Virus record (IMG/VR): IMGVR_UViG_3300011375_000006
Direction: 5' to 3' (one strand)
Origin: an uncultured virus (IMG/VR IMGVR_UViG_3300011375_000006)
Taxonomy: Duplodnaviria > Heunggongvirae > Uroviricota > Caudoviricetes
Length of the DNA stretch: 64,000 nt
Shown in pieces: positions 1 to 9,120 of the stretch. The position numbers were made by a program, and so were the translations under genes. The notes below the pieces were generated by a model that saw nothing but the letters and a program-made list of their open reading frames with translations, did no database searches and was not told where the DNA came from. Each line of letters starts with the position of its first letter. The first letter of the stretch is position 1.

Positions 1-228
1 TTAATGAGAGGATTGCAGGCTCTCTTGTTGCAGGATCCTGAAGATCTGATCTTTCAGGTGCAATTTTTCTTTTTTAAGCCGGGCGACCTCTTCACAGTAC
101 CCCCTGCCATTTGCGCCTTCACGGCGGCTTATCTCCTGGTTCAGGGCGTTATGCTTTGCGAGAAGCGATTCGAAACGTGGATGTTCAGCTTTGAGACGGG
201 GAATTAAATCATTGTACTCTGGGAACAT
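1..228 (-). CDS. ydcH: YdcH/DUF465 family small coiled-coil protein (host gene flanking the prophage)
   Basis: MFPEY..LI.RLK....RF..L..KHN.L and LKKEKL.LKD motifs; RBS GGAAGG upstream. Confidence 0.8.
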   Translation of the reverse strand: MFPEYNDLIPRLKAEHPRFESLLAKHNALNQEISRREGANGRGYCEEVARLKKEKLHLKDQIFRILQQESLQSSH

Positions 229-480
229 AAGCCTTCCTCTGTAAAGTGGATGACGGCGCCGCCTTTGCAGACGACACCTCTACTCTACGACCTTTTCATG
301 AGAGGAGGCAATTAATGTGACTGTTTTGTGACCAGGATCCGGCTCGGCAGGCAGGGATTTCCCCGGGGCAAAGAAACGTGACCGTTCAGGTCACTCCGCC
401 CAGTCAGGCTTGTTTAAAATAGGCGGTAGTTAAAACTGATTGTGCGTTGAAGTGAATTAAAAGCAGTCATAAAGCAATGC

Positions 481-539
481 ATTAGCGCAAGACAAATCGA
501 CACCTTCAGTGGTTTTGAGTTGTTTTGCGCTAATTTTTT
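481..539 (+). terminator. Long hairpin plus T-tract at the prophage left end (tI/sib-like)
   Basis: ATTAGCGCAAGACAA (481-495) / TTGTTTTGCGCTAAT (520-534), 14/15 inverted repeat, then TTTTTT; orientation fits an int transcript crossing attP. Confidence 0.5.
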
Positions 540-557
540 GCCCCATCCATGCCCCAT
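539..557. repeat. Tandem TGCCCCAT repeats, candidate integrase arm-type sites near the att end
   Basis: TGCCCCAT at 539-546 and 550-557, immediately after the last phage gene. Confidence 0.4.
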
Positions 558-880
558 CACATCACCGGCGCGTCATCATCCCGCGTCCGGTTGACCAGCC
601 ACGTCACCACGCCTATCACCTCCACATCATCAAGAGCTTCGCCTTCTATCGCTTCTCCATCTTCCGTGATTAACGATTTACCCGCTGGCCTGGCAAAATA
701 GTTACGTCCGAGCCAACTGACCAAAACGTACTCGCCCGCTTTTGGCCGCGAACCCTTTTCAACAACTGCATAGCCAGATGATGTCTCAATGACGAGGCTG
801 TTAGCGTTAATGCCGCAAATCGATTCCGGTGTTAACCGTGACTCAACATAGTCTGCTGCCGGGGACGGGAAACCGCTCAT
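557..880 (-). CDS. Short UmuD'-like protein, probably catalytically degenerate
   Basis: Starts MSGFPSPAADYVE (UmuD' N-terminus) and ends V.GVVT; GGAGG RBS before ATG at 880; LexA box upstream. Confidence 0.7.
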   Translation of the reverse strand: MSGFPSPAADYVESRLTPESICGINANSLVIETSSGYAVVEKGSRPKAGEYVLVSWLGRNYFARPAGKSLITEDGEAIEGEALDDVEVIGVVTWLVNRTRDDDAPVM

Positions 881-897
881 GATGACCTCCTTACTAT

Positions 898-917
898 TAC
901 TGTATGTACATACAGTA
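898..917. promoter_or_regulatory. LexA (SOS) box
   Basis: Perfect palindrome TACTGTATGTACATACAGTA (CTGT-N8-ACAG). Confidence 0.9.
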
Positions 918-961
918 ATTTTGTGAGAGAAGGAGATCAATACGAAGCGGCCTATCAATAA

Positions 962-1360
962 TTACTTCTGAGGTTGTTCAGGCCAGTCGATGTCTGGCGC
1001 TGTTGATGTGTCCACGGCTGCCAATGCATCGATGTAGTCCATCCACGCATTCAATTGCGTCATTTCGCTGGTTGTTAATTTCCTGCCCATCAACAGTTTC
1101 GTTTGCCAGACGATAATCCGACTGGTTGCGTAGTCAATTCGTGACTGACGGTCTGCTTCCGCTTTGGCTATCAGCTCTTCTTGCGTTGGCATCGCTTCCG
1201 GTGACGGTGTGAAATCCTTGCCGTCATACAGCCAGCCAATGCCAACTGAACCGTCAGTTTTAACAGCGAAGCCATCATCAGGTTGCCATTCTGTTTCACC
1301 ATCCCAAACGACAATGTTTATTACAATGCCGTCTTTTACTACCGCATAGGTGCTACCCAT
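962..1360 (-). CDS. Tail fibre assembly protein (Tfa-like C-terminus)
   Basis: W.DYIDAL..VDTSTAPDIDWPEQP C-terminus; follows the fibre gene. Confidence 0.85.
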   Translation of the reverse strand: MGSTYAVVKDGIVINIVVWDGETEWQPDDGFAVKTDGSVGIGWLYDGKDFTPSPEAMPTQEELIAKAEADRQSRIDYATSRIIVWQTKLLMGRKLTTSEMTQLNAWMDYIDALAAVDTSTAPDIDWPEQPQK

Positions 1361-2661
1361 TATGCATACTCCCAAATGATTACCATGCCATCATTGCCGC
1401 GATTACCATTACCTGTTCCTGAACCGCCTTGACCACCACCGCCGGGACCGCCCTGTCCGGATATCATTGACGAACCGCCGGGACCACCGGCGGTGGTGCC
1501 ACCAGCAACGGATGGTTTTTCAGAAACACCAGCCTGCCCATGACCACCGCGAGTATTGATATCACCTCCCGCGCCTATACCTCCAGCACCACCAGCACCA
1601 GCGCTGCTGCTGGTTGATACTGAAATGGCTGAATTCCCGCCCGTGCCACCTGAAGCACTAAATCCGGTACCAAAAGTGGTAGCGCCCCCAGGCTGGCCAG
1701 AAGTCCCCACGTCAACAACAGCACCAGCACCGCCCTGTCCGACCGTGTATGGAATCGGCGTTTGACTTGTGATTGGTATGTATTTTTTAGAATAACCGCC
1801 ACCGCCGCCACCGCCGCCCGCTGCGTTGAAATTTTGCGATGCTTTTGCATAGCCGCCGCCACCGCCGCCACCGACGATTTCGGCAACGATAGCTTTAACA
1901 TTCGCTCCGGGTGTATATGACCCTGAGGTTACTAAAACCTTTGGTGCACCCAAAAGGCGACCAGGAACGCCAAGAATCGTGGTGTCCTGATAGATATCAG
2001 TTCCATCGCAAATAACCTCTGCGGTAAACCCGGCAGGAATTGACACACCCGTACCTGAGGTGGTTTTAAAGGTGACGGTAAACGCGCCGGAGCAGTTGTT
2101 CACAACCGTCCACGATTTCCGCCAGGCTGGCACGATGACATTGATGTTTGCTGTCAGCGTACCGGTTAACACAATGCGGTCACGTGACGCCTGTAGAGTT
2201 GACAGTGTCACACTGGATGAGCCTAAACCTGTAACGCTGGTAACGCCGTAAGAATCAGCTGGCACCCAACCAGTAAGTGGCGTAGCCGCGGATGTTTCGG
2301 GGTTGTTTGTGTTGCCATCAACCGTATTTAGCCAGTAGCCGTCACCAGCGGAGTTCGCCAGCCTTGCCCCGACTGGATAACCACTCACGCTGGATGAAAA
2401 CGTGGAATCATAACCATATCCGCCGCCTGCCTGAGCCCAGCGGATGGCAGATGTAATGTCATTCAGGACACCATTAAAATCCGTCCCGAAAGGCGGGATG
2501 CCACCTGCGGCAATTGGTGTTCTGGTTAACGGCGGGAATCCATCTGTATAGGACGCCCGGCCACCTGACACCCCAATCTGGGACGCTACAGGGATATCCT
2601 GTTTAGAACCACTGTTAGCAAATGGCACCGGTAACAATTTAGGTAAATTGCTAATTTGCAT
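1360..2661 (-). CDS. Tail fibre protein with glycine-rich C-terminal domain
   Basis: N-terminal baseplate anchor ASYTDGFPPLT...G.DFNGVL; Gly-rich tip; position after DUF2612 gene. Confidence 0.85.
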   Translation of the reverse strand: MQISNLPKLLPVPFANSGSKQDIPVASQIGVSGGRASYTDGFPPLTRTPIAAGGIPPFGTDFNGVLNDITSAIRWAQAGGGYGYDSTFSSSVSGYPVGARLANSAGDGYWLNTVDGNTNNPETSAATPLTGWVPADSYGVTSVTGLGSSSVTLSTLQASRDRIVLTGTLTANINVIVPAWRKSWTVVNNCSGAFTVTFKTTSGTGVSIPAGFTAEVICDGTDIYQDTTILGVPGRLLGAPKVLVTSGSYTPGANVKAIVAEIVGGGGGGGYAKASQNFNAAGGGGGGGGYSKKYIPITSQTPIPYTVGQGGAGAVVDVGTSGQPGGATTFGTGFSASGGTGGNSAISVSTSSSAGAGGAGGIGAGGDINTRGGHGQAGVSEKPSVAGGTTAGGPGGSSMISGQGGPGGGGQGGSGTGNGNRGNDGMVIIWEYA

Positions 2662-3325
2662 TTTGTATTCCTGTGTCCGGGAAGAAAATTCCCTGCTCAA
2701 ACGGTTGAAGGCCTGCTTCGGCAAACCCGAAGGTGGTTTGTGGGTCAACTATCATCAGGCCAACTGACACGCCTGCTGGTTTTGTTATTGCATTCGAATT
2801 AAGAACTATTGCCCGCTCTACATCGCTTAAATCAAAGAGAAAGACATATCGAATCGACATGACTCCGGTAACTGCGACGAATACTTGTCCTTTAGTTCCA
2901 AACAGGTAATTAAGCAGGCGGTTAATATTAGGTATTGAGCAGTCGGTAATATTCGACATGGCTTTTGCCATTATCAAAATACGGTATGCATCATTGCTCA
3001 GGCGGTATGTCTGCGACTGAAGTGGACCGTTATAAAAAGGTGCTTCATTAAATGGCTTGGGTGAATTATTTTCAGCGGAAGTTAATGCCTCATCAAAGCC
3101 AAAATATGTGGAAGATTGCTCAACTTTAAGCAATCGTGATACGCCAACTATCTTCCCCCACACATCCAGCCCGTACGTATCAGCCGTGGAGATATCCCAC
3201 ACTGATCTGATGAATTCTTCAGTGAAATCATCCAGGTCGAGTGCGTCATTAAATGTTTCTATCAGGCTTCTAAGTTTTGGACTGTCTGCGTATTGTGTGA
3301 GGATTGTGTCCTTCACATTTCTCAT
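2651..3325 (-). CDS. Baseplate wedge protein (DUF2612, P2 gpI-like)
   Basis: QYADSPKL, GLDVWGKIVGVSR and PAGV motifs; follows baseplate J. Confidence 0.8.
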   Translation of the reverse strand: MRNVKDTILTQYADSPKLRSLIETFNDALDLDDFTEEFIRSVWDISTADTYGLDVWGKIVGVSRLLKVEQSSTYFGFDEALTSAENNSPKPFNEAPFYNGPLQSQTYRLSNDAYRILIMAKAMSNITDCSIPNINRLLNYLFGTKGQVFVAVTGVMSIRYVFLFDLSDVERAIVLNSNAITKPAGVSVGLMIVDPQTTFGFAEAGLQPFEQGIFFPDTGIQNAN

Positions 3326-4557
3326 ACGAGGGTTACCGTAATATCGTTAGCGTCGAGAGTGGGGATCTGGTCAACGCCATATTCGACTGATGAGGCAAAT
3401 GTTGTTCCGTTCTTACTGACCGTGAGAGACAGGACATTGACCACGGAAGGGTCAATCTTATTCACCACAGAGTAATAACCACCGGCGAAAAGTTTCGAAC
3501 CGATGCGGGCTTTCGGAACCAAATCACTCTCACCATTAAAAGCTTTAATAACCTGTTCTTTTACCAGGTCGCCGATATTTGATGGCAGTGATGCGTTATT
3601 CGCAATTTCAACTTTAAAATACGTTCTTGAAGGCGACGGGGTATTCCAGGCGATCGTATATTGCGGCGGGTTGTTCGTTCCCTGCGTGGTATCCGTCACT
3701 ACATAAGACGTATTACCGACCATGCCGCATCCGGCCTGATTCTTAATATAAATTGCGTTCGCAATATCAGCCGCGTTACCACCATATGCAGCCACGTAGA
3801 CACTGTGCGCCGGAACCGGGTAATTTGTTGCACCGATATTCACAGTGACACCAGAGTGATTTGACCACACATAAGCATCGGTCACCCCGTCAACGTCCAG
3901 TACTGCGGCGTAAATCGACTCCGGGGTGCCTTTCGCGTTCAGGGCGACAGATTGTTTGCGCCGGTATTCAAAATTAGCCCGGGTCTCAACATCGTTACCT
4001 GCCGAACCCGCCGCAGCATTCGTAATCCCTGACCATCCGGATATACCGCGATAGATTCGGCTTAGAGAGCCTACCGGGCACGGTATGGGCCCGCTGGTCA
4101 GGTTCTGAAAGACGATATCAATCGTCCCTGTTGCGGGTATTACGGCATCAGTTAGCGATGTATAGATATAACCCGCTTCATCCTGAGCCGTGCTTCCTGC
4201 CGGGATGGGCGTCCCCACAAGCCCGGTAACGGTGGCCGTTACAGTTGTCCCCGTGGCGGCTATGCGGTCAATGAAATAAATGCGCCCGATAGCATCCTGA
4301 AAGCGCCCGGATGCGTAATCAGGGTTGATGTTGTTTGCGATATAGAGAAGCTGGTCGTTTTTGTCGGCGATGATTGCCGCATCGCTTTGCGCCATCTGGC
4401 CCTGCGGGGTTGTGAGGCTTTTACTCATCCCGCCACCGAAGGAGTTATCCAGATCTACCAGTCGCCCGTCGAGGATATCAATCTCATCCGGCACCGAGAG
4501 ACCGATGTCAGAAAACTCAGCAGCGGGAACTGCCGTTGTTGCGATTACTGTCGCCAT
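3322..4557 (-). CDS. Baseplate J/gp47-like protein
   Basis: TPQGQ, P.YASGRFQDAIG and G.DVET motifs; size and position. Confidence 0.85.
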   Translation of the reverse strand: MATVIATTAVPAAEFSDIGLSVPDEIDILDGRLVDLDNSFGGGMSKSLTTPQGQMAQSDAAIIADKNDQLLYIANNINPDYASGRFQDAIGRIYFIDRIAATGTTVTATVTGLVGTPIPAGSTAQDEAGYIYTSLTDAVIPATGTIDIVFQNLTSGPIPCPVGSLSRIYRGISGWSGITNAAAGSAGNDVETRANFEYRRKQSVALNAKGTPESIYAAVLDVDGVTDAYVWSNHSGVTVNIGATNYPVPAHSVYVAAYGGNAADIANAIYIKNQAGCGMVGNTSYVVTDTTQGTNNPPQYTIAWNTPSPSRTYFKVEIANNASLPSNIGDLVKEQVIKAFNGESDLVPKARIGSKLFAGGYYSVVNKIDPSVVNVLSLTVSKNGTTFASSVEYGVDQIPTLDANDITVTLV

Positions 4558-4565
4558 GCGAGGCC

Positions 4566-4925
4566 TCAGAATTGGATTGTGCTGGAGATGTTATTCGTGT
4601 CTGTGATGGTCATGACGCCGGAGCATTTCCGATCGCCTTTCCCGATAGCCACCGTGCAGGCCGCTGACTGAACGTAGGGGAGTTTTAAAGCCTCAGTTTG
4701 CATCTTGGTATTAATAAGCTGCGTGCCGGGCCAGTGGCCCAAAATACGCTGGTAATAAGGGATGCCCAGTGAGGTGTCGTACCATGACTCACCGAGGAAT
4801 GTCAGACAGGCACAGGCAACGTCCTGAGCTACGGCGTAGGGATTGTCGGTTATTGCCATATTGCCGAAGCTATCGAGGCTGATATCCCATGAGTCGGTTT
4901 CAAGCAGCAAAGATTTTGTGATCAT
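4566..4925 (-). CDS. Baseplate wedge/sheath initiator (gp25/W-like)
   Basis: WDI.LD..GN, TFLGE.WYDT..GIPY motif. Confidence 0.75.
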   Translation of the reverse strand: MITKSLLLETDSWDISLDSFGNMAITDNPYAVAQDVACACLTFLGESWYDTSLGIPYYQRILGHWPGTQLINTKMQTEALKLPYVQSAACTVAIGKGDRKCSGVMTITDTNNISSTIQF

Positions 4926-4926
4926 A

Positions 4927-5211
4927 TCAGCCCGCCCATATACGTGATGGTGACTGAGGGTTGACGGTATATTTCTTCAGGAATTTGAGTTTCAGATCAT
5001 CATTGATGACACGCAGATTGACGTGGTAACCGTCTAAAGGAGTGTATTCCGTTTCCGGCTCACCCGGGTTAACCGGAACCTGCACGACACCAACAATATC
5101 TACCAGAACTTCCGGGTGATAATAGCTTCCTTCAACGTCCTCAAAGCCTGATTTCAGCAACTGCTTCCTCATCTCTTTTTCATTACTGAACCGCAGATAA
5201 ATATCTTTCAT
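4927..5211 (-). CDS. Small partner protein of the upstream fibre (putative chaperone)
   Basis: MKDIYLRF...GYHVNLR...P..P.R.WA; overlaps the stop of the fibre gene. Confidence 0.55.
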   Translation of the reverse strand: MKDIYLRFSNEKEMRKQLLKSGFEDVEGSYYHPEVLVDIVGVVQVPVNPGEPETEYTPLDGYHVNLRVINDDLKLKFLKKYTVNPQSPSRIWAG

Positions 5212-6668
5212 CTGAGCCCCTTAATTTGTATGTCGGATAATGCGGAATGCCAGATACGTAAATTTCGAATGTGCCCGAACAATGGCCGGTTAACTTCTTT
5301 TGTATTCCCAACATATAGAGGAGAAACAAATCCTGGAGAGGTGGTCTGGGTGCCCGAGGTCTTCCCTGATGGAGTTATTGTTGTCAGCCCTGTCGGAGTT
5401 TTAACACTGGTAAAAACCTGTCCATCAATAAACCCTGACACCAGAGCTCCCGCATTAGTTTGTCCTCCAAAGCTATTAACCGCACCTGTTGTATTGAAAG
5501 CGGTATCCCACGCGCTTCCAGCTATGCTTCCACGCGTGCTGAATATGCGTGGAGCGGCGTTTGGTGGGGATGTTGACTGCCATAGTCTTGTAACTGTGCA
5601 TGCTATTGTTACAGTATCAAAACCGCCATTTAGTGAGGTAAGGCTAGCCAAATCGTCAGCCCTCGTAACGGCTGAAGCTGCAGTAGGGATATAAGATGTA
5701 GACAGCGGACCTGTCTCAAGCTGAGGCATTTGCAGGCGTATTTCTGTTCCGGCCGGCACAACGGTTTGCCCTACTCTTGGAAGCGCTCGTAACTGGAAGA
5801 AATAACTGTCTGCGGTCGATGCGGTAAATGTGCAGGAAAATGTGTAATAGCCATCGCTGTCCAGGACGGATTTGTTTACTGTCATTCCGGTGAATGGGGT
5901 TACGGTGCCGCTTATATAATCAAGCGTACAATCCGTAATAAACCCCGCCCCGTTTGCGACACGCACCCGCAGTCTGCCATTGGTTGCTTTGGTTCTGCAT
6001 GAAATACTTGCAGTACCGCCTACCGCAAGAGAAACAGATGCACTGTTGGCGATCATGCTTAGTTCGCTAATATCGGCAGTAACTGTCAATACACCAGTCA
6101 CAGCTTGTGTGGTTCCATCTGCCTGCTGGGTTTTAGTTACGCCTGACGTGGCCCAGTTAGTTGGATTATCCGAGTTTAAATAAAGGTTGGTACTCGCCCC
6201 TTCAATCAGCAATCCATCTTTTTCAAATCGAGCCTCATTAATTGCCGCTGTCTGCAATACGCCTGATTTGTCGATATACGTCGCGGTTGATGCTCTGGTG
6301 AATGACAGCAATTTAGTGCTTACCGGATACCCGGCAATCATTTTTAAATCGTCACTGAGTGGCGCCCACATATCCGGGAACGGCGGCGCGACATAACCCG
6401 TGGCAGCGGCTGAACTGGCGGCCTCTGCGGCGCTCTGTGCTGCGGATGCTGCTGAAGCGGACGCACTGGTTTCGCTGGACTTTGAAGCTGTCTCAGAAGC
6501 TTTTGCGGCTGCTTGCGATGCTCCTGCCTGTTGTGCTGCCCCGGCGGCCTGCCCGGTAAGCTCTTCAACATTGGCCTGCAGGTTGTCGGCGACGATGACG
6601 CACTGAGCCGCAGCGTTCTCCGCTACTGTTGCGTATTGCGCTGCGCGTCGAATATCAATAGTGGACAT
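5208..6668 (-). CDS. Second fibre/receptor-binding protein with Ala/Ser-rich stalk and lectin-like C-terminus
   Basis: Stf-like AAASA repeats, FTRASTATY...GLLIEG..TNL block, C-terminal GHIRNLRIW..ALSD. Confidence 0.7.
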   Translation of the reverse strand: MSTIDIRRAAQYATVAENAAAQCVIVADNLQANVEELTGQAAGAAQQAGASQAAAKASETASKSSETSASASAASAAQSAAEAASSAAATGYVAPPFPDMWAPLSDDLKMIAGYPVSTKLLSFTRASTATYIDKSGVLQTAAINEARFEKDGLLIEGASTNLYLNSDNPTNWATSGVTKTQQADGTTQAVTGVLTVTADISELSMIANSASVSLAVGGTASISCRTKATNGRLRVRVANGAGFITDCTLDYISGTVTPFTGMTVNKSVLDSDGYYTFSCTFTASTADSYFFQLRALPRVGQTVVPAGTEIRLQMPQLETGPLSTSYIPTAASAVTRADDLASLTSLNGGFDTVTIACTVTRLWQSTSPPNAAPRIFSTRGSIAGSAWDTAFNTTGAVNSFGGQTNAGALVSGFIDGQVFTSVKTPTGLTTITPSGKTSGTQTTSPGFVSPLYVGNTKEVNRPLFGHIRNLRIWHSALSDIQIKGLR

Positions 6669-6691
6669 AGTGGATTCCGTATTTTGGGCGT

Positions 6692-6749
6692 AAAAAAGCC
6701 CCGGCGATTGCCGAGGCTGGATACAAAAAAACCCACCTGATGGTGGGTT
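6692..6749 (-). terminator. Two tandem rho-independent terminators inside the tail operon
   Basis: Plus strand AAAAAAGCCCCGGCGATTGCCGAGGCT (6692-6718) and AAAAAAACCCACCTGATGGTGGGTT (6725-6749). Confidence 0.7.
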
Positions 6750-6754
6750 AGTTT

Positions 6755-7249
6755 TCACATTGCTTTTTTGGCTTCTTCAACCTTCAACTTCATATCCTTA
6801 ATATCCGATGCAGGGAAAGTTAAATCATCACCTTCACCAAGAGATATCTTCATTGCAGAACCTGAAAGTGCTATCTCGTTGAGATATTTTTTACCTTCGG
6901 GGGATTTTGGTTGCATGATCCCGATTGAACCCATGCAGGCATATTGAAACTTAACAAATTTCCCGTTTATTTTTAAAGGAGAACCTTGAGTAACTTCCAT
7001 TGACGCCTTTCCATCAAAGCATGTTGCACCTGAAGTTCCTGGTGACCTTAAATCGAGCAACGAAACCAACCATGTATCTGTATTTACTACAGCTAAAACA
7101 ATAGGCTTACTTTCAACCTCTTCAGGGGCAAGCGTTGGGATAGAGTTGTTATAAAGAAACCATTTAGCCATTCCTGCCGCATGGGAATTGAATGCCGACA
7201 GAGATGTCATAATCATGCAAGATAATAATATTCTTCTCGCTCTCATCAT
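6755..7249 (-). CDS. Exported hypothetical protein (AT-rich moron-like)
   Basis: Signal peptide MRARRILLSCMIMTSLSAFNSHA; visibly lower GC than neighbours. Confidence 0.6.
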   Translation of the reverse strand: MMRARRILLSCMIMTSLSAFNSHAAGMAKWFLYNNSIPTLAPEEVESKPIVLAVVNTDTWLVSLLDLRSPGTSGATCFDGKASMEVTQGSPLKINGKFVKFQYACMGSIGIMQPKSPEGKKYLNEIALSGSAMKISLGEGDDLTFPASDIKDMKLKVEEAKKAM

Positions 7250-7959
7250 TGAGGTCCTTGTGTGTTGGCGTTACCTGATTCTACACCGCCATGCACATGT
7301 GTAGAAAGCTTAATGCCATTCCCCTGAACCTCTCCGGTGGCTGTAATGCTTCCGCCGAACGTAGCGTTACCGGCATAGCTGCCCGCTCCCTGAGTTAGCT
7401 GACCGTTTGCTTCAATAACTGGTGAGTTAAGCGCAATTTTGGCATCAGCGTTCAGGCTGATAATGTTGCCGTTAACGTTGATAACAAGCGGTGAGACAAT
7501 ATCAATTCCGTCATCAGCAAACTTAATATATTGAGTGGGACCGCTGTTAAGAATGCCACCCATATAGATGGCATCCCCATAGCTGTGTGACCTTGCCGAA
7601 GCAGGCAAGGCAGGCGCAGCGGTTTTCTTTGCCGTCCTGATGTCCTCGTCACAGCATGCTATCCAACCGATATCACCAACAACCGGGTCCATGATTACTG
7701 CGCTACTGCCTCTTTGCAGCCTGAAAACAGGAGCGTTATAAATAACCCCTCTCTCAATCAGAGCGCCAGTGCCATCACTACCGTGGATCATCGGCTGAAC
7801 ATCAACAAAGCTCATTTCGCTTTCGTTGCCGGGATAAGTGGCCTTGACCATCGCAAGGGTAATGAATGCTTTCCCCGACAGGAATTTCTCCATTATGAAC
7901 TTTTGAACATTTGCATCGGTCGAAATATCATCTGGCCTAATTTTGAATTTGTATGTCAT
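7246..7959 (-). CDS. Baseplate central spike (gpV/Gp138-like)
   Basis: OB-fold-type VDVQP and DPVVGDIG; C-terminal metal-binding HxH (THVHGGV). Confidence 0.85.
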   Translation of the reverse strand: MTYKFKIRPDDISTDANVQKFIMEKFLSGKAFITLAMVKATYPGNESEMSFVDVQPMIHGSDGTGALIERGVIYNAPVFRLQRGSSAVIMDPVVGDIGWIACCDEDIRTAKKTAAPALPASARSHSYGDAIYMGGILNSGPTQYIKFADDGIDIVSPLVINVNGNIISLNADAKIALNSPVIEANGQLTQGAGSYAGNATFGGSITATGEVQGNGIKLSTHVHGGVESGNANTQGPQ

Positions 7960-8812
7960 TTGGTAGTCCGTATGGATACATAGTCAGCCCGCACTGCGTG
8001 AACCAGGGGCCGCCCTCTTGCCAAGTGGACAGGATGTACTGCGAATTATTTATGCCGTACAAACCAGAGGCGTTGGGCAAGTCTGTTTGCATTTGCAGGT
8101 TCCTGCCTCTTACCAGCAGGCTGCTGAAGATTGTCGTAATATTGACACCCCAGCCATTAAATATCGGATAACCAATTAGTCCACTTTGAGCCGATACCAT
8201 AGGGACCGTTTTATCTATGGTGTCTCCTTCCTTCCACACATAGATCGCCCCGTTCCTGAAGTCCCAATTAAGGTTATGAGCGCGGGCACACGATGTTATC
8301 TGCTCAACATAATTACCTGTATAAAACGGGTCAGACTCAACATTATTTACTGAATCACCTATTACAGCCTGGTAACCAATTATCTTTGCAATAGAGGAGA
8401 TAATATCTGCAACTTTTGTGTCTCCCTGAACATGAAAATCCTTCAATGGAATTGACTGGTCATAACCGGTTGAAGTCGCCTGGATTATAAGCGGCGCATC
8501 CGGCATTCTCCCAAGGTCGGTGTAACACGATCCAATTGAACCAGTAAATATGAGCTCATCATTGGCCCACACCTTCATCATGTTCTGAATGGTTCGTTCA
8601 TACTGGATGCCTTTGAAACTGAGCATTGCCATACGCCCAAGATCAAGTCCGTAGACTTCAGCATTCAGCACGGTCCCGGAAACTCCACCATAACCACCAA
8701 CATTGACGCTGGCCTTTATATTGTCGATCGTAAGTGTGTCATTCCCTGTTTCATCAAATGCCCCGGCACTTAACTTAAACTGGAACTTAAGACTGCGCTT
8801 TTGATAAGTCAT
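7937..8812 (-). CDS. Baseplate hub protein
   Basis: SGLIGYP motif; position before the spike. Confidence 0.7.
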   Translation of the reverse strand: MTYQKRSLKFQFKLSAGAFDETGNDTLTIDNIKASVNVGGYGGVSGTVLNAEVYGLDLGRMAMLSFKGIQYERTIQNMMKVWANDELIFTGSIGSCYTDLGRMPDAPLIIQATSTGYDQSIPLKDFHVQGDTKVADIISSIAKIIGYQAVIGDSVNNVESDPFYTGNYVEQITSCARAHNLNWDFRNGAIYVWKEGDTIDKTVPMVSAQSGLIGYPIFNGWGVNITTIFSSLLVRGRNLQMQTDLPNASGLYGINNSQYILSTWQEGGPWFTQCGLTMYPYGLPNDIQIQN

Positions 8813-9120
8813 GATGCTGCGCTCATTTCTTGCTCAGTGGCGTAATAAAGCTTAAACCTGTCGCCAAGCTCTGAGTAAAACGGATCATCAATACCTTTGG
8901 TATCACAAAAAAACATCTCACCTTTAAACCCGAGGTATGGATAACGGATAATCTTGTTTCCGTTAAGACAAAGGACGCCCTGCGCAACCCACAAGTTGTT
9001 AACTGCGACATCCATATAAATACCACTGGTTCTCTGGACAATTCTCAGGGTAGTCCTCTGTCCGTCAAGGTTTAGGTCTATTGTCTGCCCTTTAACTGGT
9101 TGAATACTGATTATTTGCAT
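8809..9120 (-). CDS. Small baseplate (plug-like) protein
   Basis: IRYPYLGFKG, DP.YSELG.RF.LYY; synteny. Confidence 0.6.
   Translation of the reverse strand: MQIISIQPVKGQTIDLNLDGQRTTLRIVQRTSGIYMDVAVNNLWVAQGVLCLNGNKIIRYPYLGFKGEMFFCDTKGIDDPFYSELGDRFKLYYATEQEMSAAS

Noticed and set aside
1360..6668. Diversity-generating retroelement or invertible tail-fibre system
   Set aside because: No reverse transcriptase, invertase, TR/VR pair or crossover repeats seen; the CCGCCA repeats simply encode glycine runs.
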